A stretch of DNA of 59,650 nt, filler included. It is 3 parts of 3 records of this genome, joined end to end, with 100 filler letters (N's around TTAATTAATTAA, not from the genome) between each part and the next. Parts side by side here need not be neighbours in the genome. Positions count along the whole stretch, not along the records: positions 37,237 to 59,650 come from SRR20825019_1187; 2 more parts are not named here. One strand, given 5' to 3'. This document shows, piece by piece, positions 42,982 through 52,345 of the stretch. The notes under the pieces were generated by a model, which was not told where the DNA came from, searched no databases, and saw only the letters and a program-made list of their open reading frames with translations. Numbering within the stretch: the first letter of the stretch is position 1; the number at the start of each line of letters is the position of its first letter. A program made the position numbers and the translations under genes.

Positions 42982-44129
42982 GCGAAAGCGGAAATATCCA
43001 CCGGCATCCGTTTCTGCCCCCAGTTCCCCGGTTTTTCCTCGATCACGCCCGCCAGCTTCGTGCCGCAGCCGGTGCAGCATCCGCCTGCATCCAGCTTCCA
43101 TTCAGACAGCACATACCAGTCCCGGCCGATCACCCGTTCGCCGCAACCGTGGCAATAGGTGCTCTGGCGGCCGAGATCATGGACGTTGCCGGTATAGGCA
43201 TGCCGCACGCCGTTGCGGCGGGCGATCCGGCGCGCCCGGGCCAGGGTGTCGAATGGGGTGCGCTCCTTGTCCAGCATCCGGTAGTCGGGATGGAAGGCTG
43301 AGAAATGCATCGGTATGTCGGGGCCGAGATGCTCGACCACCCAGCCGGTCATCTCGTCGATCTCCCGCTCGCTATCGTTCTCGCCGGGGATGATCAGGTT
43401 GGTGATCTCGAACCAGACATCGGTCTCGTGCCGGAGATAGCGCAGCGTGTCGAGCACCGGACCAAGCTCGCTCTTAGTCACGGACTTATAGAAACGCTCG
43501 GTGAAGGCCTTCAGATCGACATTCGCCGCATCGACATTGCGGAAGAAGGCAGGCCGGGCCTTGTCCGTCAGATACCCCGCCGTCACCGCGACATTCTTCA
43601 CCCCCGCCTCCCGGCAGGCAATCGCCACGTCGTCCGCATATTCATGGAAGATGATCGGATCGTTATAGGTGAAGGCGACGGAGCGGCAGCCGAGCTTGGC
43701 GGCGGCCCGGGCAATCGCCTCCGGCTGCGCCTCGGACTGCATTATGTCCATCTCGCGGCTTTTCGAGGTGTCGTGGTTCTGGCAGAAATTGCAGGCCAGA
43801 TTGCAGCCCGCCGTGCCGAAGGACAGCACCGGGGTTCCCGGCAGGAAATGGTTCAGCGGCTTCTTCTCTATCGGATCGACACAGAATCCCGATGACCGGC
43901 CATAGGTGGTCAGCACGATCCGGTCATCCTGCCGCGCCCGCACGAAACACAGCCCGCGCGCGCCTTCCTTCAGCTTGCAATAGCGCGGGCACAGCTCGCA
44001 CTGCACCCGGCCGTCCTCCAGCAGGCTCCAGTATTCCGTCCCGACAATCGGCCCTTTTCCTTTCAGCGCGGGAGGCGCGCTCTCGGCAAGGTTCGGGGCT
44101 TCCTGCATAACCATATCGCTCACCAGCAT
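42978..44129 (-). CDS. amrS: AmmeMemoRadiSam system radical SAM enzyme
   Basis: CELCPRYC..C, DPIEKKPLNHF, CNLACNFC, FTYNDP, HFSAFHPDY, C-terminal CxxC pairs. Confidence 0.92.
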   Translation of the reverse strand: MLVSDMVMQEAPNLAESAPPALKGKGPIVGTEYWSLLEDGRVQCELCPRYCKLKEGARGLCFVRARQDDRIVLTTYGRSSGFCVDPIEKKPLNHFLPGTPVLSFGTAGCNLACNFCQNHDTSKSREMDIMQSEAQPEAIARAAAKLGCRSVAFTYNDPIIFHEYADDVAIACREAGVKNVAVTAGYLTDKARPAFFRNVDAANVDLKAFTERFYKSVTKSELGPVLDTLRYLRHETDVWFEITNLIIPGENDSEREIDEMTGWVVEHLGPDIPMHFSAFHPDYRMLDKERTPFDTLARARRIARRNGVRHAYTGNVHDLGRQSTYCHGCGERVIGRDWYVLSEWKLDAGGCCTGCGTKLAGVIEEKPGNWGQKRMPVDISAFA

Positions 44130-44217
44130 TGTTCTTGGCTCCGGGTTCGCGCCCGGGCATTTACCGCACTATACTCCGCCGCCCTTGCAGCCGCTTCCCC
44201 AAACCCGGGACAGATCC

Positions 44218-45156
44218 TTGTTCTTCGACCTCATCCTGCCCATCGCCCCGATCTTCCTGCTGATCGTGCTCGGCCATCTGCTGCGCCGGGGCGGCATTCC
44301 GAGCCTGGAATTCTGGAACCTGAACGACAAGCTGGTCTACTGGGTGCTGTTCCCGTGCCTGCTGTTCAACAAGATCACATCCATCGATTTTTCCGGCGTG
44401 CATCTGGGCGGGCTGGCGGTCGCGGTGTTTTCCGGGTTCGGCGCGGCGGTGCTGTTCTCACTGCTGCTGTTCTTCCTGTTCAGCAAGGAAAAGCCACTCT
44501 GGACCTCGGTCATGCAGGGCTGCTCCCGGCACAATACCTTCATCGCGCTGGCCGTGGGTGAGCAGGTTTTCGGCTCGGAGATCCTCGGCACCGCGGCGCT
44601 TGTCACCGCCCTGCTGATCCCGGTCACCAATGTCGTGGTGGTCTGCCTGATGGCAACCGCGCTGGCCAAAAAGGATGACGGCAACCTGCTCATCTCGGTG
44701 TTCCGGGATCTGGCACGCAACCCGCTGCTGCTCGCGGTCGGGCTGGGGTTGATCTTCAATGTCCTCGGCTGGTCCACAGTCCCGATCCTGACCGACATGA
44801 CGGCGATCCTCGGCGCCGCCGCCCTGCCCATCGTCCTGCTCTGCGTCGGCGCCAACATCCGAATCCAGGCCATGAGCGCCGATGTGAAGGCAACCATACT
44901 CTGCGTCTTCGGCAAGATGGTGGTGTTCCCGGCGGCCATGGCCCTCGCCGGTCTCGCCATCGGGTTGGAACCCGAGCTGTTCATGGCCGCCATGCTGTTC
45001 GGCGCCTCCCCTGCCGCCGCCAGCGCCTACACCCTCGCCCGCGCCATGGGTGGAGACGCCCCGGCCATGGCCGGGATCGTGACGATCCAGACGGCACTGT
45101 CCTTTGTGACCATGCCGGCGACGCTGTTGCTGGCGCAGTATTTGATTGGGCAATAA
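44218..45156 (+). CDS. AEC (auxin efflux carrier) family transporter
   Basis: ~10 TM segments; LVYWVLFPCLLF, RNPLL, ALPIVLLCVGA, YTLARAMGGD; probable TTG start. Confidence 0.88.
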   Translation: MFFDLILPIAPIFLLIVLGHLLRRGGIPSLEFWNLNDKLVYWVLFPCLLFNKITSIDFSGVHLGGLAVAVFSGFGAAVLFSLLLFFLFSKEKPLWTSVMQGCSRHNTFIALAVGEQVFGSEILGTAALVTALLIPVTNVVVVCLMATALAKKDDGNLLISVFRDLARNPLLLAVGLGLIFNVLGWSTVPILTDMTAILGAAALPIVLLCVGANIRIQAMSADVKATILCVFGKMVVFPAAMALAGLAIGLEPELFMAAMLFGASPAAASAYTLARAMGGDAPAMAGIVTIQTALSFVTMPATLLLAQYLIGQ

Positions 45157-45195
45157 ACCCTCCCGCTCGCCTCGGTCCCCGCCTATATTCAAGAC

Positions 45196-46602
45196 ATGAC
45201 ACAGGTATCGACCGAAACCACCGCCGTCCGCGCCCCGCACGTCGCGGGTGCCTTCTACCCCACCGCCCCGGACGCGCTGGAAAACATCGTCGCGCAGTGC
45301 CTCACCGGCGCGGCGGAGACGCCGGTGCCGGATGCGAAGATCATTATCGCGCCGCATGCGGGTTATGTCTTTTCCGGCCCCATCGCCGGGACCGCGTTCA
45401 AGCCGCTCGCCAGGCGCCGCGAGAGTATCAAGCGCGTGGTGATCGTCGGCCCGGCGCACCGGGTCGGGTTCAAGGGGCTGGCGACGACCAGTGCCGATGC
45501 CTGGGCGACGCCGCTCGGCACCGTGCCGGTTGCCTGGGACGCTTTGCGCACGCTTTTGACCCTGCCCGGCTTTCAGGTTGCCGACCGGGTGTTCGAGGGG
45601 GAGCACAGCCTTGAGGTGCACGTGCCCTTCCTGCAGCAGGTGCTGGGCGATTTCGAGATCGTGCCGATCCTTGTCGGCGATGCCGGGGCGCGGCAGGTGG
45701 CGCAGGCGCTCGACGCGGTCTGGGGCGGGCCCGAGACGCTGATTTCCGTCTCTTCCGACCTCTCGCATTTCCTTGATTATGACAACGCCCGCAATCTCGA
45801 CCGCGCCACCATGCAGCGGATCGAGCTGATGAAGCTGGAAGCGCTCGACGGTAAGGGCGCCTGCGGGCACCGGGCGATTGCCGGTGCGCTCAGCCTCGCC
45901 CGGCAGCGGGACATGCGGGTGACGGCGCTCGATACCCGCAATTCAGGCGACACGCGCGGCGCGAAGGACCGGGTGGTCGGCTATGGCGCGGCGGCGATGG
46001 AATATGCCGGAGCAGCGCGGCTGCCGGACGCGGACCGGGAGCAGATGATCGAGGCTGCCCGCTTCGCCCTGCGCTTCGGCGCCGAGCATGGCCGCCCGCC
46101 GGATGCACAGCTTGGCAAGAACCTGTCCCCCTGCCTGACGGCCATGCGGGCCAGCTTCGTCACGGTCAATATCAAGGGCAAGCTGCGCGGCTGCATCGGC
46201 AGCGTGATCGCGCATCAGCCGTTGCTGCTCGACGTCATCACCAATGCCTACAAGGCCGGTTTCGGCGATCCCCGCTTCCCGCCACTGACAGCGGAGGAGC
46301 TGGCGACGGCGGACCTGCACGTCTCCATCCTCTCCACCCCGCACGCCCTGCCCTTCACCAGCGAGAAGGATCTGGTGTCGAAAGCGCGGCCGGACGTGGA
46401 CGGGCTGATCATGCAGGAAGGCAACAAGCGCGGCCTGTTCCTGCCGAGCGTCTGGGAAGGCCTGCCGAAAGCCGAGGATTTCATCCGCAACCTGAAGCGC
46501 AAGGCCGGTTTGCCGATGGATCATTGGTCGGAGAACCTGCGGGTGTTCCGCTATACGACGGAGAGCTTTGGAGCGCCGTTCGCGGGACCGGGGCTGGGGT
46601 AG
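45196..46602 (+). CDS. amrB: AmmeMemoRadiSam protein B (MEMO1) fused to protein A (AMMECR1)
   Basis: VAGAFYP, PHAGYVFSG, EHSLEV, SSDLSH, ACG, VVGY followed by FVT..LRGCIG, DPRF, VSILS, FLPSVW, LKRKAG. Confidence 0.92.
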   Translation: MTQVSTETTAVRAPHVAGAFYPTAPDALENIVAQCLTGAAETPVPDAKIIIAPHAGYVFSGPIAGTAFKPLARRRESIKRVVIVGPAHRVGFKGLATTSADAWATPLGTVPVAWDALRTLLTLPGFQVADRVFEGEHSLEVHVPFLQQVLGDFEIVPILVGDAGARQVAQALDAVWGGPETLISVSSDLSHFLDYDNARNLDRATMQRIELMKLEALDGKGACGHRAIAGALSLARQRDMRVTALDTRNSGDTRGAKDRVVGYGAAAMEYAGAARLPDADREQMIEAARFALRFGAEHGRPPDAQLGKNLSPCLTAMRASFVTVNIKGKLRGCIGSVIAHQPLLLDVITNAYKAGFGDPRFPPLTAEELATADLHVSILSTPHALPFTSEKDLVSKARPDVDGLIMQEGNKRGLFLPSVWEGLPKAEDFIRNLKRKAGLPMDHWSENLRVFRYTTESFGAPFAGPGLG

Positions 46603-46641
46603 CGAGGTGCGGTTGCGCGGCTAAATAAAATAAATAACCGT

Positions 46642-46718
46642 TTTCCCGGACGTGATCCGGGACCTTTCGACGTGAGCGCGCCTTATGATCACAAAGGTCC
46701 CGGATCACGTCCGGGAAA
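46642..46718. repeat. Composite palindromic intergenic element (REP/MITE-like)
   Basis: Perfect 26-bp inverted arms (46642-46667 and 46693-46718); each arm is itself a hairpin CCCGGA-N5-TCCGGG. Confidence 0.85.
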
Positions 46719-46735
46719 CACGTGTGGGGAGATGC

Positions 46736-48046
46736 TTACCCGCCCGGCAGGGCCGTCATCTGTTTCGACCAGACAGCCAGAGGCGCTTCGAAGCCGCGAA
46801 TTCTTTGCTCGCCGAGCGGCTTCAGCAGATCGTCCGGCTTTGCTTTTCCCGCGACCCCGGCATCCGCCAGCACCGACGCGCCGACATCTTTTGCCAGCAC
46901 TTCCAGCCGGGCGGCGCGGTTCACCGTGTCGCCATAGATCGTGAAAGCCTGCCGCCGTTCGGAGCCGACGCGGCCCGAGGCGATCTGGCCTGCCGCGAGG
47001 CCGACGCGGACCTGGAAGCCGGACTCGCGGGCGCATTTCAGCAGGTCCGTGGCGGCATCCAGTGCGGCCCGTTCGGGCTGGCGGATTTCCAGCGGTGTGT
47101 TGAAGGCGGCGAGCAGGCCGTCGCCGGTGAAGCTGATCACCACGCCTTCGCGGTCAGAGATCGCCTCGGCGGAGCGGGCCAGGAAGACGCCCAGCGTTTC
47201 GATCACCTCTTCCGGCGGACGGCCGTCGGCATAGGCGGTGAAATTCTCGATATCGAGGACCAGCGCAACCCCGTGCCGAACCTGCGGCGCCAGCGCGCCC
47301 CGGTCCGAGGCCAGCTTCTCGGCGATGGTTTCGGGAACGAACCGGCCGAATGTCCGGACCGCACGGTCGCGCTCGGCCTCGGCCTCCACCTGTGCCACGA
47401 AAACGCAGCGCGCTCGATAAACCGCAAGGGCAAGGACCAGAGCCGCAATCATCAAAAGGGCGGTTTCCTGCAACCGGGTTCCATAGCCGACGAAATCCGG
47501 GGAGAGGAATATGCTCAAATACTGGTCTGCCGTCGGTTCCGGCGGCAGGTCGCGCCATGAAAGCCGTTGATCCATATCGGCAATGGCAAGGCCGAAGGCG
47601 GCCCACCAGCCCACGACGGCTGTCAGCCCGGACCAGGCCACCAGGCGCCAGGACAGGGTCAGGCACGCCATGGCGACCAGCGGAAACAGGTAATGGACGC
47701 CGAAGGACCGGAAAGCGAGCACCTGCGGCAATTCCGGGGCAAACCGGCTGACCGGAATAACGATGAAAACGGCACAGACCGCGAGGATGTCGATCGCATA
47801 CAGGGCATATTTCAGCCACCACCGCTCGTACCGCGTGCCGATCACTGTATAGCTTGCAATGCCGATGATACCGAACAGGGCAAGCGCCGTCAGGGCCATC
47901 GAGCTGGGAGCGAATCCGGCAAGGTTCCAGCCGACCGTCAGCCAGAGCACCCCGATTCCGACCACGGCAGTCCGGCAAAGAACGGCGAGTTTGAGCCCTT
48001 GCCGTTCCGCCACCAGCAGACGCTTCAACGCCACCCGACTTGCCAT
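46736..48046 (-). CDS. Membrane-anchored class III nucleotide cyclase
   Basis: ~6 TM segments, then RTFGRFVP, DIENFT, FTGDG, FTIYGDTVNRAARLE. Confidence 0.9.
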   Translation of the reverse strand: MASRVALKRLLVAERQGLKLAVLCRTAVVGIGVLWLTVGWNLAGFAPSSMALTALALFGIIGIASYTVIGTRYERWWLKYALYAIDILAVCAVFIVIPVSRFAPELPQVLAFRSFGVHYLFPLVAMACLTLSWRLVAWSGLTAVVGWWAAFGLAIADMDQRLSWRDLPPEPTADQYLSIFLSPDFVGYGTRLQETALLMIAALVLALAVYRARCVFVAQVEAEAERDRAVRTFGRFVPETIAEKLASDRGALAPQVRHGVALVLDIENFTAYADGRPPEEVIETLGVFLARSAEAISDREGVVISFTGDGLLAAFNTPLEIRQPERAALDAATDLLKCARESGFQVRVGLAAGQIASGRVGSERRQAFTIYGDTVNRAARLEVLAKDVGASVLADAGVAGKAKPDDLLKPLGEQRIRGFEAPLAVWSKQMTALPGG

Positions 48047-48122
48047 ATTTCGTCCCCGGCTCACGCGGGCACGAAAGTGCGCGCCGCAATCATTGCATTC
48101 AGCCTGATCGCGGCGCTTTAGG

Positions 48123-49700
48123 CTAGACCGCGAGTGCTGCCGACAGCGGCGTCGTCGGATGTGCCGACGCCGTCACCCCGCTTTCGGAAACCATTGCCCC
48201 GAGCGGGCAGGCATACATGATCGGGTAGGTGGTCGCCGGCCAGCTCTCGGTCGGGGCCACTGCCTTCAGGGCTGCCATGGTCGCCGCATCGAAGCGGGCA
48301 TCGGCATAGATTGTGTCGATCGCGCTCAGATCAACACGCGGCATGTTCAGCGCGGTCTGCATGTCCATGCCGAAATCGTTCATGAAGGAGCAAAGCTGAT
48401 AGACGGCCGGCATGATCTTGCGGCCGCCGGAGGCGCCGAAACCGAACCAGGGCTTGCCGTCCTTCGTCACCACCGCGGGGACCATGTTGCAGAGCGGCTT
48501 GGTGTCCGGCTTCAGCGAATTCGGACGGCCCGGGCGCGGATCGAACCAGTTGATGCCGTTATTCATCATGATGCCGGTTTCCGGGAACAGCACCCGGCTG
48601 CCGAAGCGGGACAGCAAGGTCGTCGTGATCATGACGATGTTGCCCTCGGCATCGGCGGCGGCGATATGACTGGTGCAGCTCCGGTCTCCATGATCCCCGG
48701 CGTGGCCGAGATTTTTCATCCGGTACTCATAGGCGGCCTTCAGGGTGCGGGCATAGGCGGCGTAGGTGTCCGCGTCAGGCGCATCACCGGAGAAGGCCGG
48801 CAGATCTTTCAGGGCATCGGCGAAGCTTGGCCCGGCGGTCAGGCCACCCGGCACATGATAGGTTGCCTCGCCGCGTGTCATCGACAGCGGCTCCTGGATT
48901 TCCGCCTCGTAGGCTTCCAGATCCGCCATCCGGACGGAGGAGCCCAGACGCTCGGCGTCTTTGGCAATGCGTTCCCCGATGGCGCCGCGATAGAAGCTCT
49001 CGGCTCCGTCCCGGGCAAGTTCATCAAGCGTGTCGGCGAGCTTGCCGAGTTTCAGGAATTTCGGCTCCGGGTCCGCACCCATTGCCGGAGGAAAACCACC
49101 CGGCAGCCAGGTTTCCGCCGTCGCCGGGCTTTTCTGCAGCGCGGGCATGTCGGCGCCACACATCAGCATGGTCCACCAGGTGACGCGATGGCCACGCCGC
49201 GCCAGGGCGGCGGCAGGCGCGATGACATCGGCCAGGCTCTTCGTGCCGTATTTCTCCATCGCCAGCGCATAACCGGCAACCGTTCCCGGCACGGCAATCG
49301 AGTACGGGCCGTTCACGTTCCGGTCGTCCACCACGGCGGGCCAGCCGAACAGGTCCGCACCGGTGCCCTCGGCCAGCGGATAGTCCGCCGGGTTCAGCCC
49401 CTTGGCGGATTTCATGGCGAAATCGACGACCCGGACCGCCTTTTCCTTCGCCGAATAAAGCGTGATGTAACCGCCGCCGCCAAGGCCGCTCATCCAGGGC
49501 TCGGCGACGGTCAGGGCGAAGGCCGTGCCGATGGCCGCGTCCATGGCATTGCCGCCATCCTTGAGAATTGCCTGTCCGACAGCGGCCGCTTCGACATTCT
49601 GGGAGGCCACGGCGCCGCGCGGGCCGGTTGCCGCAGGCTTTTCCGAATGCCATGTCTCATAGGTCCGCTCGAATGCGGTGACGGAAGCGGGAACGCTCAT
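48123..49700 (-). CDS. ggt: Gamma-glutamyltransferase family
   Basis: GGNAMDAA, EPWMSGLGGGG, VPGTVAG, catalytic TSH, GIMMNNG, GASGG. Confidence 0.9.
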   Translation of the reverse strand: MSVPASVTAFERTYETWHSEKPAATGPRGAVASQNVEAAAVGQAILKDGGNAMDAAIGTAFALTVAEPWMSGLGGGGYITLYSAKEKAVRVVDFAMKSAKGLNPADYPLAEGTGADLFGWPAVVDDRNVNGPYSIAVPGTVAGYALAMEKYGTKSLADVIAPAAALARRGHRVTWWTMLMCGADMPALQKSPATAETWLPGGFPPAMGADPEPKFLKLGKLADTLDELARDGAESFYRGAIGERIAKDAERLGSSVRMADLEAYEAEIQEPLSMTRGEATYHVPGGLTAGPSFADALKDLPAFSGDAPDADTYAAYARTLKAAYEYRMKNLGHAGDHGDRSCTSHIAAADAEGNIVMITTTLLSRFGSRVLFPETGIMMNNGINWFDPRPGRPNSLKPDTKPLCNMVPAVVTKDGKPWFGFGASGGRKIMPAVYQLCSFMNDFGMDMQTALNMPRVDLSAIDTIYADARFDAATMAALKAVAPTESWPATTYPIMYACPLGAMVSESGVTASAHPTTPLSAALAV

Positions 49701-49812
49701 CGGGGATACTCCGGGCATGAAGGTTGCATTGTCGCGAGAAGCTGCGACACCCTGAGTGTGGTATCGATGGCATGCAAAAAGCAATTCGGACGTCAGAAAG
49801 GGTGATGTTCCA

Positions 49813-50484
49813 ATGACCAGCTACGGGAAATCGGCCCGGATGACGGTCCTCACGATTCTGGGGGCGCTGGCGCTCCAGCTTTTCATGCTGCCGCCAGTGG
49901 AGGCGCAGCAAACACCGCCGGACGAGCCCCCAAAAGACGTCAATGACGAGGATTGCTCAAAGATTCCGGGCGGTAATGCGCCGATCAACATCCTGGCCCG
50001 TCTGAAAGGCGGCATGGCAGTCGAGAATCTGGAATTCACCTACTTCAGGAAAAAACTCTACGAGCTGAAGCAGGAGGATTTCGACTATCTGAAAAAATTG
50101 ATCCCCTATTGCGGCGACCAGAAGACGGAACAGGTCGAATATATCCTCGACCGTCTTTCGGTTCTTGTGCTCGAAGCGCAGCAGACAAGGCAGAAATCCA
50201 TCGACTGGATCAAGGAGACGGTCGAGAAACTCGAGAAATTACCGGCAACGAAGGCCTCTATCGAGGAAGTTCACAATATCGAGGTCGCGCTGAAAAACCG
50301 GCAGCTGGAGATGACCCGGGCGGACGGAAACTATCTCGCCATGAAGCTGAACGACACCCGCAACCGGCTCTATCGGGACGCAAACGTAAATGCGACCGGC
50401 ACAGAGACACAGGATCCAGGCCTCCTGATCAGTCCCTTCCTGCCGGAGATCCCCGCCGACGAACGGAAACCCGATCCCGGCTGA
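49813..50484 (+). CDS. Secreted hypothetical protein
   Basis: Signal peptide ending VEA, two Cys, helical charged body. Confidence 0.7.
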   Translation: MTSYGKSARMTVLTILGALALQLFMLPPVEAQQTPPDEPPKDVNDEDCSKIPGGNAPINILARLKGGMAVENLEFTYFRKKLYELKQEDFDYLKKLIPYCGDQKTEQVEYILDRLSVLVLEAQQTRQKSIDWIKETVEKLEKLPATKASIEEVHNIEVALKNRQLEMTRADGNYLAMKLNDTRNRLYRDANVNATGTETQDPGLLISPFLPEIPADERKPDPG

Positions 50485-50572
50485 CATGACAGCCTTTGCA
50501 TTTTTCCGCGTGCCAAGCTGCCGCGCGCGCGACACACTCCCGCTCTCAAACGAAAAATGACGGGAGGAAGTC

Positions 50573-51337
50573 ATGTCGGGGAACGGAAAAACCGCACTCG
50601 TAACCGGGGCCGGAACAGGGGTCGGGCGCGCGGTCGCGCTGGCATTCCAGAAAGAAGGCTACAATGTCGTTCTGGCCGGACGCCGGCTGGAGCCGCTTGA
50701 GGAAACAGCCGCCATGGCCCATTCAGGCGGTGGCGCCATGCTCGCGGTGCCCACCGATATCGGCAAGGTTGCCCAAGTCGACGCATTGTTCGATGCGCTG
50801 AAGAAGACCTTCGGCAGGCTCGACCTGCTGTTCAACAATGCCGGCATGGGCACACCGGCGATCCCGATGGACGAGCTGACGGCCGAGCAGTGGCAGGCCG
50901 TGGTCGATGTCAATCTGACCGGCTCGTTCCTGTGCGCCCAGCGCGCCATGGCGATGATGAAGGCACAGAAGCCCCAGGGCGGGCGGATCATCAATAACGG
51001 CTCGATCTCGGCGCATACGCCACGGCCGAATTCCGCGCCCTACACCTCAACCAAGCACGCCATCACCGGGCTGACGAAATCGATCTCCCTCGACGGCCGC
51101 GCCTTCGACATCGTCTGCAGCCAGATCGATATCGGCAACGCGGTAACGCCGATGACCGAGCGCATGGTCAATGGCGAGGGTGTGCCGCAGGCGAACGGCT
51201 CGATGATGATCGAGCCGCGCATGGATGTGGAACATGTGGCCAGCTCGGCAGTGCATATCGCCCGCATGCCGCTCGACGCGAACGTCCAGTTCATGACGGT
51301 GATGGCAACCAAGATGCCCTTTGTCGGGCGGGGCTGA
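50573..51337 (+). CDS. Short-chain dehydrogenase/reductase
   Basis: [31 protein letters not shown]. Confidence 0.93.
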   Translation: MSGNGKTALVTGAGTGVGRAVALAFQKEGYNVVLAGRRLEPLEETAAMAHSGGGAMLAVPTDIGKVAQVDALFDALKKTFGRLDLLFNNAGMGTPAIPMDELTAEQWQAVVDVNLTGSFLCAQRAMAMMKAQKPQGGRIINNGSISAHTPRPNSAPYTSTKHAITGLTKSISLDGRAFDIVCSQIDIGNAVTPMTERMVNGEGVPQANGSMMIEPRMDVEHVASSAVHIARMPLDANVQFMTVMATKMPFVGRG

Positions 51338-51363
51338 CTTGGGTCGGGCGCGGCTGATTTGGC

Positions 51364-51780
51364 TCAGAGATAATCCTGCAGCATCGCCACCAGGGGCACA
51401 TCGGCGGGCGGCATCGGGTAGTCCTTCAGACGCATCGGACGCACCCACTTGACCGCCTGCCCTTCCTGCGGCGCGATATCTCCCCACCAGCGGCGGCAGA
51501 GATAGAGCGGCATCAGCAGGTGGAAGTCATCATAGGCATGCGACGCGAAGGTGAAAGGCGCAAGGCAGCTCTCCTTCGTGTCGATGCCGAGTTCTTCCTG
51601 CAGCTCCCGGATCAGCGCGTCCTCCGGGCTTTCCCCCGGATCGACCTTACCGCCGGGAAACTCCCAGAGCCCGGCCATGGATTTGCCTTCCGGCCGCTGC
51701 GCCAGAAGCACACGCCCGTCCGCATCGATCAGGCCGACGGCAACCACCATGACAATCGGTTTCGCTGTGGCGGCACTCAT
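51364..51780 (-). CDS. mutT: 8-oxo-dGTP diphosphatase
   Basis: WEFPGGKV..GESPEDALIRELQEELG, MPPAD; argJ/secA context. Confidence 0.93.
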   Translation of the reverse strand: MSAATAKPIVMVVAVGLIDADGRVLLAQRPEGKSMAGLWEFPGGKVDPGESPEDALIRELQEELGIDTKESCLAPFTFASHAYDDFHLLMPLYLCRRWWGDIAPQEGQAVKWVRPMRLKDYPMPPADVPLVAMLQDYL

Positions 51781-52334
51781 ACCGGCACAACCTTCCCGCC
51801 GCGCGCCTGCCAGTCGGAACGCAGCATGTCGAGTTGCATCATATCAACCTCATCACCGAAATTCGGGCGCTTCACACGCATCGTGCCGGCATGGGCAAGC
51901 CCGCATTTCTCCATCACCCGGATCGAGGCCGGGTTGTCCGGCATCGCCGCCCCCCAGATCCGCTTCAGCCCGAGCGCCCCAAAGCCGAAATCAAGCAGAG
52001 CCGCAAGCGCTTCGCTGGCATAGCCCCGCCCCCAGACCGGAGTGGCAAGCCAATAGCCGAAATGAGCGACCTCATCCGGATCGAAGCGCAGGTCGATGGT
52101 GCCGACAGGCTCCTTCGTCACCCGGTCGAGGATCAGGTAGTAAAGCCCCTTCTCCTCCGCACATCCGGTCCGCGCCCGCTCGATATAGGTGTCCGCATCC
52201 GGCCGCGTATAGGGCCACGGCACCGACGTCAGATATTTGACGATGCCGAAATCGTTCATCAGCGCATAAAGCGCGTCCCCATCCGCCAGCTCCGGTGCCC
52301 GGAAGGCCAGCCGTTCCGTCGTCACACGTTCCAT
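51777..52334 (-). CDS. RimJ/RimL-type GNAT acetyltransferase
   Basis: TERL, GYWL..WGRGYASEA, NPASIRVMEKCG. Confidence 0.9.
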   Translation of the reverse strand: MERVTTERLAFRAPELADGDALYALMNDFGIVKYLTSVPWPYTRPDADTYIERARTGCAEEKGLYYLILDRVTKEPVGTIDLRFDPDEVAHFGYWLATPVWGRGYASEALAALLDFGFGALGLKRIWGAAMPDNPASIRVMEKCGLAHAGTMRVKRPNFGDEVDMMQLDMLRSDWQARGGKVVPV

Positions 52335-52345
52335 CGCGCGGAACC

